Of a stretch of DNA of 64,000 bases, positions 22,580 through 30,397 are shown piece by piece (the first letter of the stretch is position 1; the number at the start of each line of letters is the position of its first letter). This DNA comes from Bdellovibrionales bacterium. GTDB lineage: Bacteria; Bdellovibrionota; Bdellovibrionia; Bdellovibrionales; UBA1609. The stretch spans positions 1 to 64,000 of the forward strand of contig JBFWVI010000009.1 in the NCBI GenBank assembly GCA_050246815.1, written 5' to 3'. The notes under the pieces were generated by a model. That model worked only from the letters and a program-made list of their open reading frames with translations, was not told the DNA's origin and made no database searches. Position numbers and translations under genes: made by a program.

Positions 22580-24322
22580 GTGGGATGGCTTAAACGTCAG
22601 CTTTTGTTCAAAATCTTTTCCTCGGTCAAATTCGCCGTCCCGTTGCTGTTGGTCATCGCGGCGGTGATCGCGGCCGGGACCTTGGTTGAGAGTCGATACA
22701 ACGCCAGCTATGCACAAATGCGAGTCTATGAAACCTGGTGGTTTCGCGCTCTGATGGGCTGTTTGGGGCTTTCTGTTTTCACGGCGGCATTGTCACGCTG
22801 GCCATGGCAAAAGCGCCACGTGGGTTTTTTAGTCACGCATCTAGGTATTTTGATGATGCTGGCGGGAGGCGTGGTCACAAAACTTTGGGGCATTGATGGT
22901 CAGTTGCAGATACCCGAAGGAAAGTCGGGGCAGCAGGTGTTTATTTCGGAGCGTGTCTTTGAGTACTCAGGACCAAGAGATTTTAAGAAAATTCTCATCC
23001 CCACAAGCGCGAGTGCGTGGCGTGAAGGGTGGTTGAGCCCGGTCAGGCAGGAGCCGGATTCACCTGCGCAAGTCGTGGGATTTGAGCCTTTTGTACGACC
23101 TCGTGCTCAAAGCGGCCCCCGGGGAGCAGGGGGGAAGTTCATTGCGTTTCGCCTGCAAAGCCAGTTTTTTGATCAGGAGGAATGGCTGGACTCCGTTGAG
23201 CGACCACAAATTCAAATGGGGCCGGCGCTGATTCGCTTTGGTATGCAAGAAAAGATGCTCGTGCCAAAGCAGGAGCCGCTGCATAAAAAAGACTTTGTGG
23301 GACTGTTTATTCGAGACGCCGATGGCGAAGCCGTTGCCAAACGTCTAGACATTGGTCTTGGGCAGCGCGAAGCCCGCATCGGGGCTGTGAAAATTCAGGT
23401 GAAGCAAGTTCTGAAGCGTGCCACTGTGGCGGACAACAAGATCGCGGAGGGCGATAGCGGCCCGCTTAACCCAGCACTGGAGATTGAGATCTTAGCGAAT
23501 GGAAAAACATATCGCGATGTGATTTTCTCGCGCTTCCCAAGCTTTTCCCTTCTGAAAGAAAATCCAACTCGCTTTCGCTTCGAATACGTGGCTGGAGGTT
23601 CGGGAGAATCGCTACAAAATGAGGATGCCGCGCGCAATTTAATTGAATTTATTCCTTCGCCTGAGCAATCGGACAAAGCCATTTTGAGGTTGTCCAAGCA
23701 AGGCAAAGTCATTTTAGAGAAAGAAGTAAAAGTCGGAGAGCCAACCGATACTCCATGGATGGGTATGAAAGTGACTTTAGTTTCCTTAACTGCGCCTGAA
23801 ACCAATACAGCGCAGGCGGAGAAAATTGAGACTATTCGCCCCACGCCTAAACAGCCCAATTTGCCGCCGAGTGCAATTTTAGTTCGTGTGGCAGGCGAGC
23901 AACCTCCTTTTTGGCTGGTGGAGGGCGATATCAAGGATGTTCAGGTTCGAGGAGAGCGTTACCAGTTCTATTATGGGCTTAATTCCATTCGCTTGCCGTT
24001 TGCGCTTGAGCTCTTAAAATTTACAAAAGTTGACTATCCGGGAACTGAGACTGCGATGTCGTTTGCGAGTGACGTTCGCGTCGTAACAGACCAAAGTCGA
24101 CATACAATTTCGATGAATGAACCATTGAAACGAGATGGTTACACTCTTTATCAGAGCAGTTATGATCTACAACCGGGACGCCCTGCGCTTTCGATCTTTT
24201 CTGTGAATCGGGACCCTGGGCGTTGGATCAAATACATGGGCGGATTGGTTTTAGCATTTGGGATTGTCACGCTGACCATAACGAGAAGCCGGATGGCGCG
24301 GCGGAGCGGGAAACAAGTATGA
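22580..24322 (+). CDS. resB: Cytochrome c biogenesis protein ResB/CcsB (system II)
   Basis: SSVKFAV...GTLVES, VYETWWF, GFLVTHLG (heme His), large periplasmic domain, ISMNEPL-x3-GYTLYQSS and VNRDPG followed by a TM helix. Confidence 0.88.
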   Translation: MGWLKRQLLFKIFSSVKFAVPLLLVIAAVIAAGTLVESRYNASYAQMRVYETWWFRALMGCLGLSVFTAALSRWPWQKRHVGFLVTHLGILMMLAGGVVTKLWGIDGQLQIPEGKSGQQVFISERVFEYSGPRDFKKILIPTSASAWREGWLSPVRQEPDSPAQVVGFEPFVRPRAQSGPRGAGGKFIAFRLQSQFFDQEEWLDSVERPQIQMGPALIRFGMQEKMLVPKQEPLHKKDFVGLFIRDADGEAVAKRLDIGLGQREARIGAVKIQVKQVLKRATVADNKIAEGDSGPLNPALEIEILANGKTYRDVIFSRFPSFSLLKENPTRFRFEYVAGGSGESLQNEDAARNLIEFIPSPEQSDKAILRLSKQGKVILEKEVKVGEPTDTPWMGMKVTLVSLTAPETNTAQAEKIETIRPTPKQPNLPPSAILVRVAGEQPPFWLVEGDIKDVQVRGERYQFYYGLNSIRLPFALELLKFTKVDYPGTETAMSFASDVRVVTDQSRHTISMNEPLKRDGYTLYQSSYDLQPGRPALSIFSVNRDPGRWIKYMGGLVLAFGIVTLTITRSRMARRSGKQV

Positions 24323-25962
24323 AAAGAAACTGGCTCGTCTTGATATGTATGCTGTGCATTCCCTCATCGGTCATGGCCCTGACAGATCCGCATGAGGCAT
24401 TTTTAAGTCATGGCCGACAGATTCGAAGCCAGCTTTTTGAAACTTTGCCTGTACATGATCGTGGACGTATTAAGCCGGCACATACTTTTATGCGCGAGGC
24501 GATTTTATTTGTAACGGGAGGTTATAACTTCAGCGGGCTGGATGCCGTACAAACTTATCTGAGTCTTATCGGCTTTTCTGAAATTGAGCGGCTCAAAGTA
24601 TTGAACGTCAGGCATGTGCCTGTGCGCAAAGCCTTGGGTTTGAACGCGTCAGCGAGATTTTTTTCAACGGCGGATATCGAAAGCAGTAAGTTATTGGAAT
24701 TTGCTCAGCCGTTGTTGGAAAAGGAAGAGAAAAATTCGCGAGCGCTTGAGCCCCACGAAAAAAACCTGCTTGAAATCTACAACCAGTATTGGCTGTTAAA
24801 AAATATTCATTCAGGCCAACACTTGCTGCGGGCCGTGGATGCAAATGAGGTGGGACATGCGGCTGAATTCCACCAAGAGCCGACCGGCGAAGCGGTGCAA
24901 AAAGTTAGAGATTGGTTACAGGCGACTATCGATGGGAATTGGAACTTAGTTTCGGAGTTGCGTTCACTTACATTCGAAGCTGTACGCCAACAACATTGGC
25001 CCGAGCTTTTTGCCAAGCAATTTGAGCACCTAGAAAGAGAAGTTCAGTACAACAAAATTCGCCCATTTTTAATCGCAGGCCTGCTTTTTTTAATTCTTGG
25101 CGCGAGCTTGGCGTTTAAGGACCATGTGCCGTTTCTATCGAAGGTTAACTTTGGTTATTTACTTGTGCTGCCTTTTTTTCCGCTGGCCTATGGCCTTTAT
25201 CTAAGAGTGATCATCACCGGGTTTGCGCCTGTGACCAATATGTACGGAACCATGATCTGGGTTTCGTTTGGTATAGGGCTGTTCAGTCTAGTTTTATGGT
25301 ATCTGTATCAAAAGCACCGTTTTGTCGGCGGCCTTTGGATCGCCGCCGCGGCAACACTTTTTTTAACTGAGAGTATTCCGCTGGTTCTAAGCCCGGATCT
25401 TGACCCAATTGTCGCTGTTTTACGGTCGAATCTGTGGCTGACCATCCATGTGCTCACGATTGTCATTTCTTATGCGGCCTTTGCTATTGCGATGATCCTT
25501 GGCAATATCGTTTTGATTCGTACTTTGCGTCGGCCTGTCTATGATGATCCTGCCATTCGCGATGCCGCCAAATCTTGCTACAGAATGATCCAGCTTGGCG
25601 TTTTTTTACTTTCCGGAGGCATTATTTTAGGAGGTGTCTGGGCGGATTACTCTTGGGGGCGTTTTTGGGGGTGGGATCCGAAAGAAACATGGGCCTTAAT
25701 CGCAGATCTTGGCTTTTTGGCCATTCTACATGCGAAATACGTCGGATGGCTGGGGGCCTATGGTCTGTTGGCGGCCTCGACTGTTGCATTTTTGCTTGTG
25801 ATCATGGCCTGGTACGGCGTCAATTTTATACTTGCGGCGGGCCTGCACTCTTATGGCTTTTCGAGCGGCGGAGCGACAATGGTATTGGTTTTCGTGATCA
25901 TGCAATTGGGGTTGTTGGCCGCCTCTCTTATGCGTTATTCGCGGAGTAAAGTGGTAAGGTGA
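24319..25962 (+). CDS. ccsA: Cytochrome c synthase CcsA/ResC (system II) with N-terminal periplasmic domain
   Basis: GRIKP, APVTNMY, VLRSNLWLTIHV, WWD motif WADYSWGRFWGWDPKETWAL and GLHSY. Start reassigned to ATG 24319 (ATGA overlap with the resB stop). Confidence 0.93.
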   Translation: MKRNWLVLICMLCIPSSVMALTDPHEAFLSHGRQIRSQLFETLPVHDRGRIKPAHTFMREAILFVTGGYNFSGLDAVQTYLSLIGFSEIERLKVLNVRHVPVRKALGLNASARFFSTADIESSKLLEFAQPLLEKEEKNSRALEPHEKNLLEIYNQYWLLKNIHSGQHLLRAVDANEVGHAAEFHQEPTGEAVQKVRDWLQATIDGNWNLVSELRSLTFEAVRQQHWPELFAKQFEHLEREVQYNKIRPFLIAGLLFLILGASLAFKDHVPFLSKVNFGYLLVLPFFPLAYGLYLRVIITGFAPVTNMYGTMIWVSFGIGLFSLVLWYLYQKHRFVGGLWIAAAATLFLTESIPLVLSPDLDPIVAVLRSNLWLTIHVLTIVISYAAFAIAMILGNIVLIRTLRRPVYDDPAIRDAAKSCYRMIQLGVFLLSGGIILGGVWADYSWGRFWGWDPKETWALIADLGFLAILHAKYVGWLGAYGLLAASTVAFLLVIMAWYGVNFILAAGLHSYGFSSGGATMVLVFVIMQLGLLAASLMRYSRSKVVR

Positions 25963-25966
25963 ACAT

Positions 25967-27310
25967 ATGAAATGGCTGGTGATGTTGTTAGACCATCTTT
26001 GGATCTGGGGTTTACTTATTTTTGGTGGACTGGCCTATTACGGTGTCGCAAAAAAAAATCGGCAAGAAAATCAGGCAAAAAAAATTTTGCAAAAAGCTGT
26101 GGCGACCGGGCTTGATGAGCCGTTGAGTCTGCACCCAGAGGTCGACCCGGCGAAATGCGCGGGTTGTGGCGCCTGCACGAAGGTTTGCCCCGAAGGTGAC
26201 ATTCTTAAAATGATCAACAGCAAGGCTGTTTTGGTTTCACCAACGAAGTGTGTGGGCCACGGCGAATGCGAGCGCGCCTGCCCCTTTGGCGCCATTGACT
26301 TGGTATTTGGCACTAAAAAACGTGGTGTCGATATTCCACGCCTTTCTAAGAACTATGAAACAAATGTACCTGGACTGTATATTGCGGGTGAGTTGGGCGG
26401 CATGGGGCTGATCCGCAATGCGATCAAACAAGGCCATCAGGCTGCAGATCATGCCTTGAGCAATTTAAATCCCAGCGTGAAATCCGACACGGATGTGCTT
26501 GTCGTTGGGGCTGGTCCCGCCGGATTGGCGGTATGCCTGACGGCGATCGTGCATAAAAAGCGTTATCTATGTATTGAGCAGAATACGGCCGGTGGTACGG
26601 TTTATAATTTTCCTCGGCAAAAAGTTGTGATGACCCATCCAGCGGATCTGCCGGGTGTAGGGAAAATGAAGTTTCCGCGTAATGTGGTTTCAAAAGAGGA
26701 GCTGTTGCACTATTGGAATCAAGTGCGGCAAAAGGTCGGAATTAAGATTAGAGAAAATGAAAAATTTGAGGGACTTGAAAAGGTCGGAGATCATTTCAAA
26801 GTCAAGACCTCAAAGGCGGAGTACATGGCCCAAAAGGTTGTCTTGGCTATGGGTGTGCGAGGCTCGCCTAGGCGCTTGGGCTTGCCAAATGAAGACACGA
26901 CAGGTGTGGCTTATAACTTGATTGATCCGGCACAATATACGAACAAAAAAATCGCGGTGGTGGGCGGCGGTAATGCCGGTGTGGAAGCTGCGCAGATGCT
27001 GGCTAACCCTAAATATAAAAATCAGGTGACTTTGTTGGTGCGTGGTCCTGCATTTGATCGTTGCAATGAGGACAATAAGCGAATTATTGAGGATATGGCC
27101 CAAAAAAAAATGGTCCAAATTTGGTATGAAGCCCAAGTGAAGGAAATTAAAAAAGACCAGCTGAATATTGAGCGTGCGGGGCAATTGCTGGACATCGAGA
27201 ATGATCAGCTTTTTGTATTCGCAGGCGCCGAGATGCCGTTTAAGTTTTTGATGAGCTTAGGAGTCGAAATTAATAAAGCTTTTGGTCAGAAATTGAAGTC
27301 GGGTGGATAA
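25967..27310 (+). CDS. Membrane-anchored 2x[4Fe-4S] ferredoxin fused to a thioredoxin-reductase-like FAD/NAD(P)H oxidoreductase
   Basis: N-terminal TM helix, CAGCGACTKVCP and CVGHGECERACP, ETNVPGLYIAGELGG, VVGAGPAG, VVLAMG and VVGGGNAGVEAA. No TrxR active-site CxxC. Confidence 0.88.
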   Translation: MKWLVMLLDHLWIWGLLIFGGLAYYGVAKKNRQENQAKKILQKAVATGLDEPLSLHPEVDPAKCAGCGACTKVCPEGDILKMINSKAVLVSPTKCVGHGECERACPFGAIDLVFGTKKRGVDIPRLSKNYETNVPGLYIAGELGGMGLIRNAIKQGHQAADHALSNLNPSVKSDTDVLVVGAGPAGLAVCLTAIVHKKRYLCIEQNTAGGTVYNFPRQKVVMTHPADLPGVGKMKFPRNVVSKEELLHYWNQVRQKVGIKIRENEKFEGLEKVGDHFKVKTSKAEYMAQKVVLAMGVRGSPRRLGLPNEDTTGVAYNLIDPAQYTNKKIAVVGGGNAGVEAAQMLANPKYKNQVTLLVRGPAFDRCNEDNKRIIEDMAQKKMVQIWYEAQVKEIKKDQLNIERAGQLLDIENDQLFVFAGAEMPFKFLMSLGVEINKAFGQKLKSGG

Positions 27311-28180
27311 ATGATCGCGTGGTTCGGCCGACAATTGATTTTGCTTTGGTTTTTTATCGCGCTGATCCTGTGTTGGGAGTACTTAGCCTTGAACTACAGT
27401 CCTGGCTTAAGTCTATTGTTGTTTGCAAAAATAAAGTGGCCCTATTGGGCAGAAGTCGATTTTTCGACAAAACCTGGAAAGCCGATCAGCTATGCATTGG
27501 GTTGGATCGGTTTTGGGTTTATGGTCTCTACAAACTTTTATATTTTGCGTAAGCGTTTGGGCATTATGCAAAAGTGGGGCAACCCATCGGTCTGGCTGGA
27601 TTATCATATTTTTTGTGGTTTGATCGGCCCCACTCTTATTATTTTTCATACTGACTTTAAAGTTCGTGGCTTGGTCGCAATTAGTTTTTGGTCCATGATG
27701 ATCGTTGCGGGCAGCGGTATTTTAGGACGATATCTGTATATGAAGGTCTTGATTGGCGCAGCCGAATTGAGGGGGCAGATTCAAGAGTGGGATAAAAAAA
27801 TTTCGACCTTAATCACATCCAGCAAAAAAAATGTGACCGAAGCTGAGATCGCGGGCTTAAAAGGGATGGCACTGCAATACGCGGGGGCCACGCCGCTGAC
27901 GGAAGAGGTCGTGGGGTTGAGTGGATTATTTAAAATCGTTTGGTTTTCTGTTGTTGGCGATATCAAAATATTTTTTTCGCATGCGGGGATTGGACGCCAT
28001 CTTCATCCGTTGGCACCTATTGTACTTTTAAATTACGCCACCACGGTCCGGCGCGAACTCACGCTTGAACCCTTTCGCCGTCTTTTGGGCTACTGGCATG
28101 CGTTTCATGTGCCCTTTACGTTCGCGATGTACATCACGGCTATCATCCACATCGTGGTCGTCTCGCTGCTGCGGGTCTAA
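27311..28180 (+). CDS. Polytopic inner-membrane protein, putative di-heme b (ferric-reductase-TM-like)
   Basis: About five hydrophobic segments and two H-x13-H pairs (YHIFCGLIGPTLIIFH; FHVPFTFAMYITAIIH). Starts immediately after the flavoprotein stop. Confidence 0.72.
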   Translation: MIAWFGRQLILLWFFIALILCWEYLALNYSPGLSLLLFAKIKWPYWAEVDFSTKPGKPISYALGWIGFGFMVSTNFYILRKRLGIMQKWGNPSVWLDYHIFCGLIGPTLIIFHTDFKVRGLVAISFWSMMIVAGSGILGRYLYMKVLIGAAELRGQIQEWDKKISTLITSSKKNVTEAEIAGLKGMALQYAGATPLTEEVVGLSGLFKIVWFSVVGDIKIFFSHAGIGRHLHPLAPIVLLNYATTVRRELTLEPFRRLLGYWHAFHVPFTFAMYITAIIHIVVVSLLRV

Positions 28181-28188
28181 TGTCGCTT

Positions 28189-29490
28189 TTACTGCGGAAC
28201 GACCCGCCAAATGGATCCTGAGTCGGTGGCCACGTACAAATTGCCGTCGGGACCCTGGACCAAAGAGCGAATGCGCTGCGCGGGTAAACCCACTTGAGTA
28301 ACGCTGGCCACGCTATTGTTGGCATTGAGGCGCAGGCGATCTAGTCGTGTGGCAGCCATGACCCCTACCAAAAGACTGCCTTCCCACGCTTTCCACTGTG
28401 TGCCGTATAAAAACACGCTGGGGCCCATACCTTGGGATTGGCCGTTGTTGGTGTACACCGGCATCATGGCGTTCACGAACTTGCCAGTGTCGGTCATTGG
28501 AGTCAGGGCGCCGTTGGTTTTGTTGGAAACATAACCACAGTAGTTGTCGTTGCAGGTGACTCCGGCTTCGGGTCTTGGGTCCCAGCCTGAGTTGCCGCCA
28601 GCCGCGAGGGGTGTGACTTCATCGGTGTGGCCGGGGCCGTGCTCAGAGGAAAATGGTTGATTGGAACCAGGGCGAAAGGCGATCCCTTGAACATTTCGAT
28701 GACCAAAAGTAAAAATGCGCGGATCGGCCCCGGCGGGAGCGTTGTTGCCAGGAGCGGCGGTGCCGTTACCGGTCACGCGTAAAACTTTGCCCCCCAAGCG
28801 GGTCAGATCTTGTGGCAGCGGACCGTTGTGATTGTCGCCCGTGGTGACATACAAATAGCCGTCAGGTCCGAAGCGCAAACGTCCGCCGCTGTGAGCGCCC
28901 GCCCCACCCCAGCTGTTGCCTGCGTTTTTATAAGCAATGTCGGTGATGATGTCCGTGCGGTTGGCGACCATTGTGTAGCCGGCATCTACCGTCAGGCGAA
29001 TCACGCGATTGGTGCGGGGGTTGGTGGACAGATTTGAGGCCATATAAACATAGATCGTACGGTTTGTGGCGAAGTTGGGGTCCACCGCCACGCCGAGCAT
29101 GCCGCTTTGGCCCTCACAGAACATATCAGCAGCCACAAGGGCCGAGCCCGCAGAGCCAAACAAGCGCGTCACTGAACCATCCGCACGGCGAACTGAAAGG
29201 CCGTTGCAACGTTCGGTGAACAGCATGGCATTGTCGGGAGTGAAGGCCAAATCCCAAGGATTGCTCAAGCCTGTCATGAAATCCGTGCGCTGCAAAGTGG
29301 GCTCGACATTGCTTGAGGGCTCAAGAGGTGTGCCGCTGCCAGGGGGGGGAGGGGTGCCACCACCGGGACCGCCACTGCTGCCTTGATTGTTAGCTTGTTG
29401 CGAGTCAAAGCCACCGGTGCAGTTTTGAGCAATGACAATGGAGCTAGCCAAAATGGCCAGTAACCCCAGCATTTTCACCCGACGACGCAT
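28189..29490 (-). CDS. PQQ-dependent glucose/sorbosone dehydrogenase family (GSDH) lipoprotein
   Basis: GLSNPWDLAFTPD, GMLGVAVDPNF, HSGGRLRFGPDGYLYVTTGD, GKVLR, GHRNVQG, EHGP-x2-DE and RIRSLVQGPDGNLYVATD. Start at ATG 29490 (AGGGGG RBS), signal ending IAQNC. Confidence 0.92.
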   Translation of the reverse strand: MRRRVKMLGLLAILASSIVIAQNCTGGFDSQQANNQGSSGGPGGGTPPPPGSGTPLEPSSNVEPTLQRTDFMTGLSNPWDLAFTPDNAMLFTERCNGLSVRRADGSVTRLFGSAGSALVAADMFCEGQSGMLGVAVDPNFATNRTIYVYMASNLSTNPRTNRVIRLTVDAGYTMVANRTDIITDIAYKNAGNSWGGAGAHSGGRLRFGPDGYLYVTTGDNHNGPLPQDLTRLGGKVLRVTGNGTAAPGNNAPAGADPRIFTFGHRNVQGIAFRPGSNQPFSSEHGPGHTDEVTPLAAGGNSGWDPRPEAGVTCNDNYCGYVSNKTNGALTPMTDTGKFVNAMMPVYTNNGQSQGMGPSVFLYGTQWKAWEGSLLVGVMAATRLDRLRLNANNSVASVTQVGLPAQRIRSLVQGPDGNLYVATDSGSIWRVVPQ

Positions 29491-29638
29491 AATATTCCCC
29501 CTGATTGCGGTTTGATCTAAACCTGGTCTCATTGGGATCTATTGTGAGATTGTTGGGGCGGGTTTGTCCAGAGCAAGATGGGCATAGGCAGAATACGGTT
29601 TAGTTTAACGCGATTGTGTGTAGGTTTGCCGACAATTT

Positions 29639-29667
29639 GAAAAGGGAGCGCAAGCAGCTCCCCTTTC
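29639..29667 (-). terminator. Probable intrinsic terminator after the 29674..30273 gene
   Basis: GAAAAGGGAGC...GCTCCCCTTTC imperfect hairpin just past the stop codon. Confidence 0.5.
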
Positions 29668-29673
29668 GATCAT

Positions 29674-30273
29674 TTATTTTTGAATCGAGCAGACTTGTTT
29701 GGTTTGCAGGATGGTCATAACGCCATCTGGCACTTCGAAAGTTTCTGGTTCGTTGTTGAAGTAGCTTTCGTAGCTGAAGCCGTCAGGGCCCTCGATCGCG
29801 AATTCGGTACCCGAGATCGGCAGGCTTTGGCCATCTTGCATTGCGCTGACGAGTGTTTTGGTGCCGTCGAGTTCACGTTGGTAAACATTTTCTGTACGAC
29901 TGGTTCGGGTTTTGCTTTCGCTGCCGTTGAAAGTTGTGGTGGTGGTGATGTCTGAAATTTCTTTGAATTGGCCGCCGTTCAATTCTTGCGAGGTGGTGGT
30001 GCGGACCGCGCTGTAGGCGTAAACCACTTGTCCGTTCTGATCTAACTGTTCGCCGGTGGTGCGGTATTCCGCCGCATGAGCTTGCAATGTTTTGGTGCGA
30101 GTGGCGCGAAGCATACTTTTTACGACTTCGATCGGATGTTGTTCCCCTTTGTCTGCTGTGAACTGTTGATAGCTGGTGCTTATGCAGCTAATTTTTTCGG
30201 TCGTGGTCAGAGACGCGTGAGCAGCGGCGCCGGTGAAGCTTAGGGCAAGTGCGAGCCCAATCGTTAATTTCAT
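29674..30273 (-). CDS. Hypothetical secreted Thr/Ser-rich beta protein
   Basis: Start reassigned to ATG 30273 (GAGGGGG RBS). Signal peptide MKLTIGLALALSFTGAAAHA. One Cys near each end of the mature chain. Confidence 0.75.
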   Translation of the reverse strand: MKLTIGLALALSFTGAAAHASLTTTEKISCISTSYQQFTADKGEQHPIEVVKSMLRATRTKTLQAHAAEYRTTGEQLDQNGQVVYAYSAVRTTTSQELNGGQFKEISDITTTTTFNGSESKTRTSRTENVYQRELDGTKTLVSAMQDGQSLPISGTEFAIEGPDGFSYESYFNNEPETFEVPDGVMTILQTKQVCSIQK

Positions 30274-30397
30274 CGAGTTCCCCCTCGTCGAATGTTGTGA
30301 GCGGCAGATTAAGGGGGGCATCTGCGCGAGTCCAGATTCGCGTAAAGAGTGAAACCTTTACAGAACTCAATTGAGGACAAAGCGGCGGATTTTGCCG

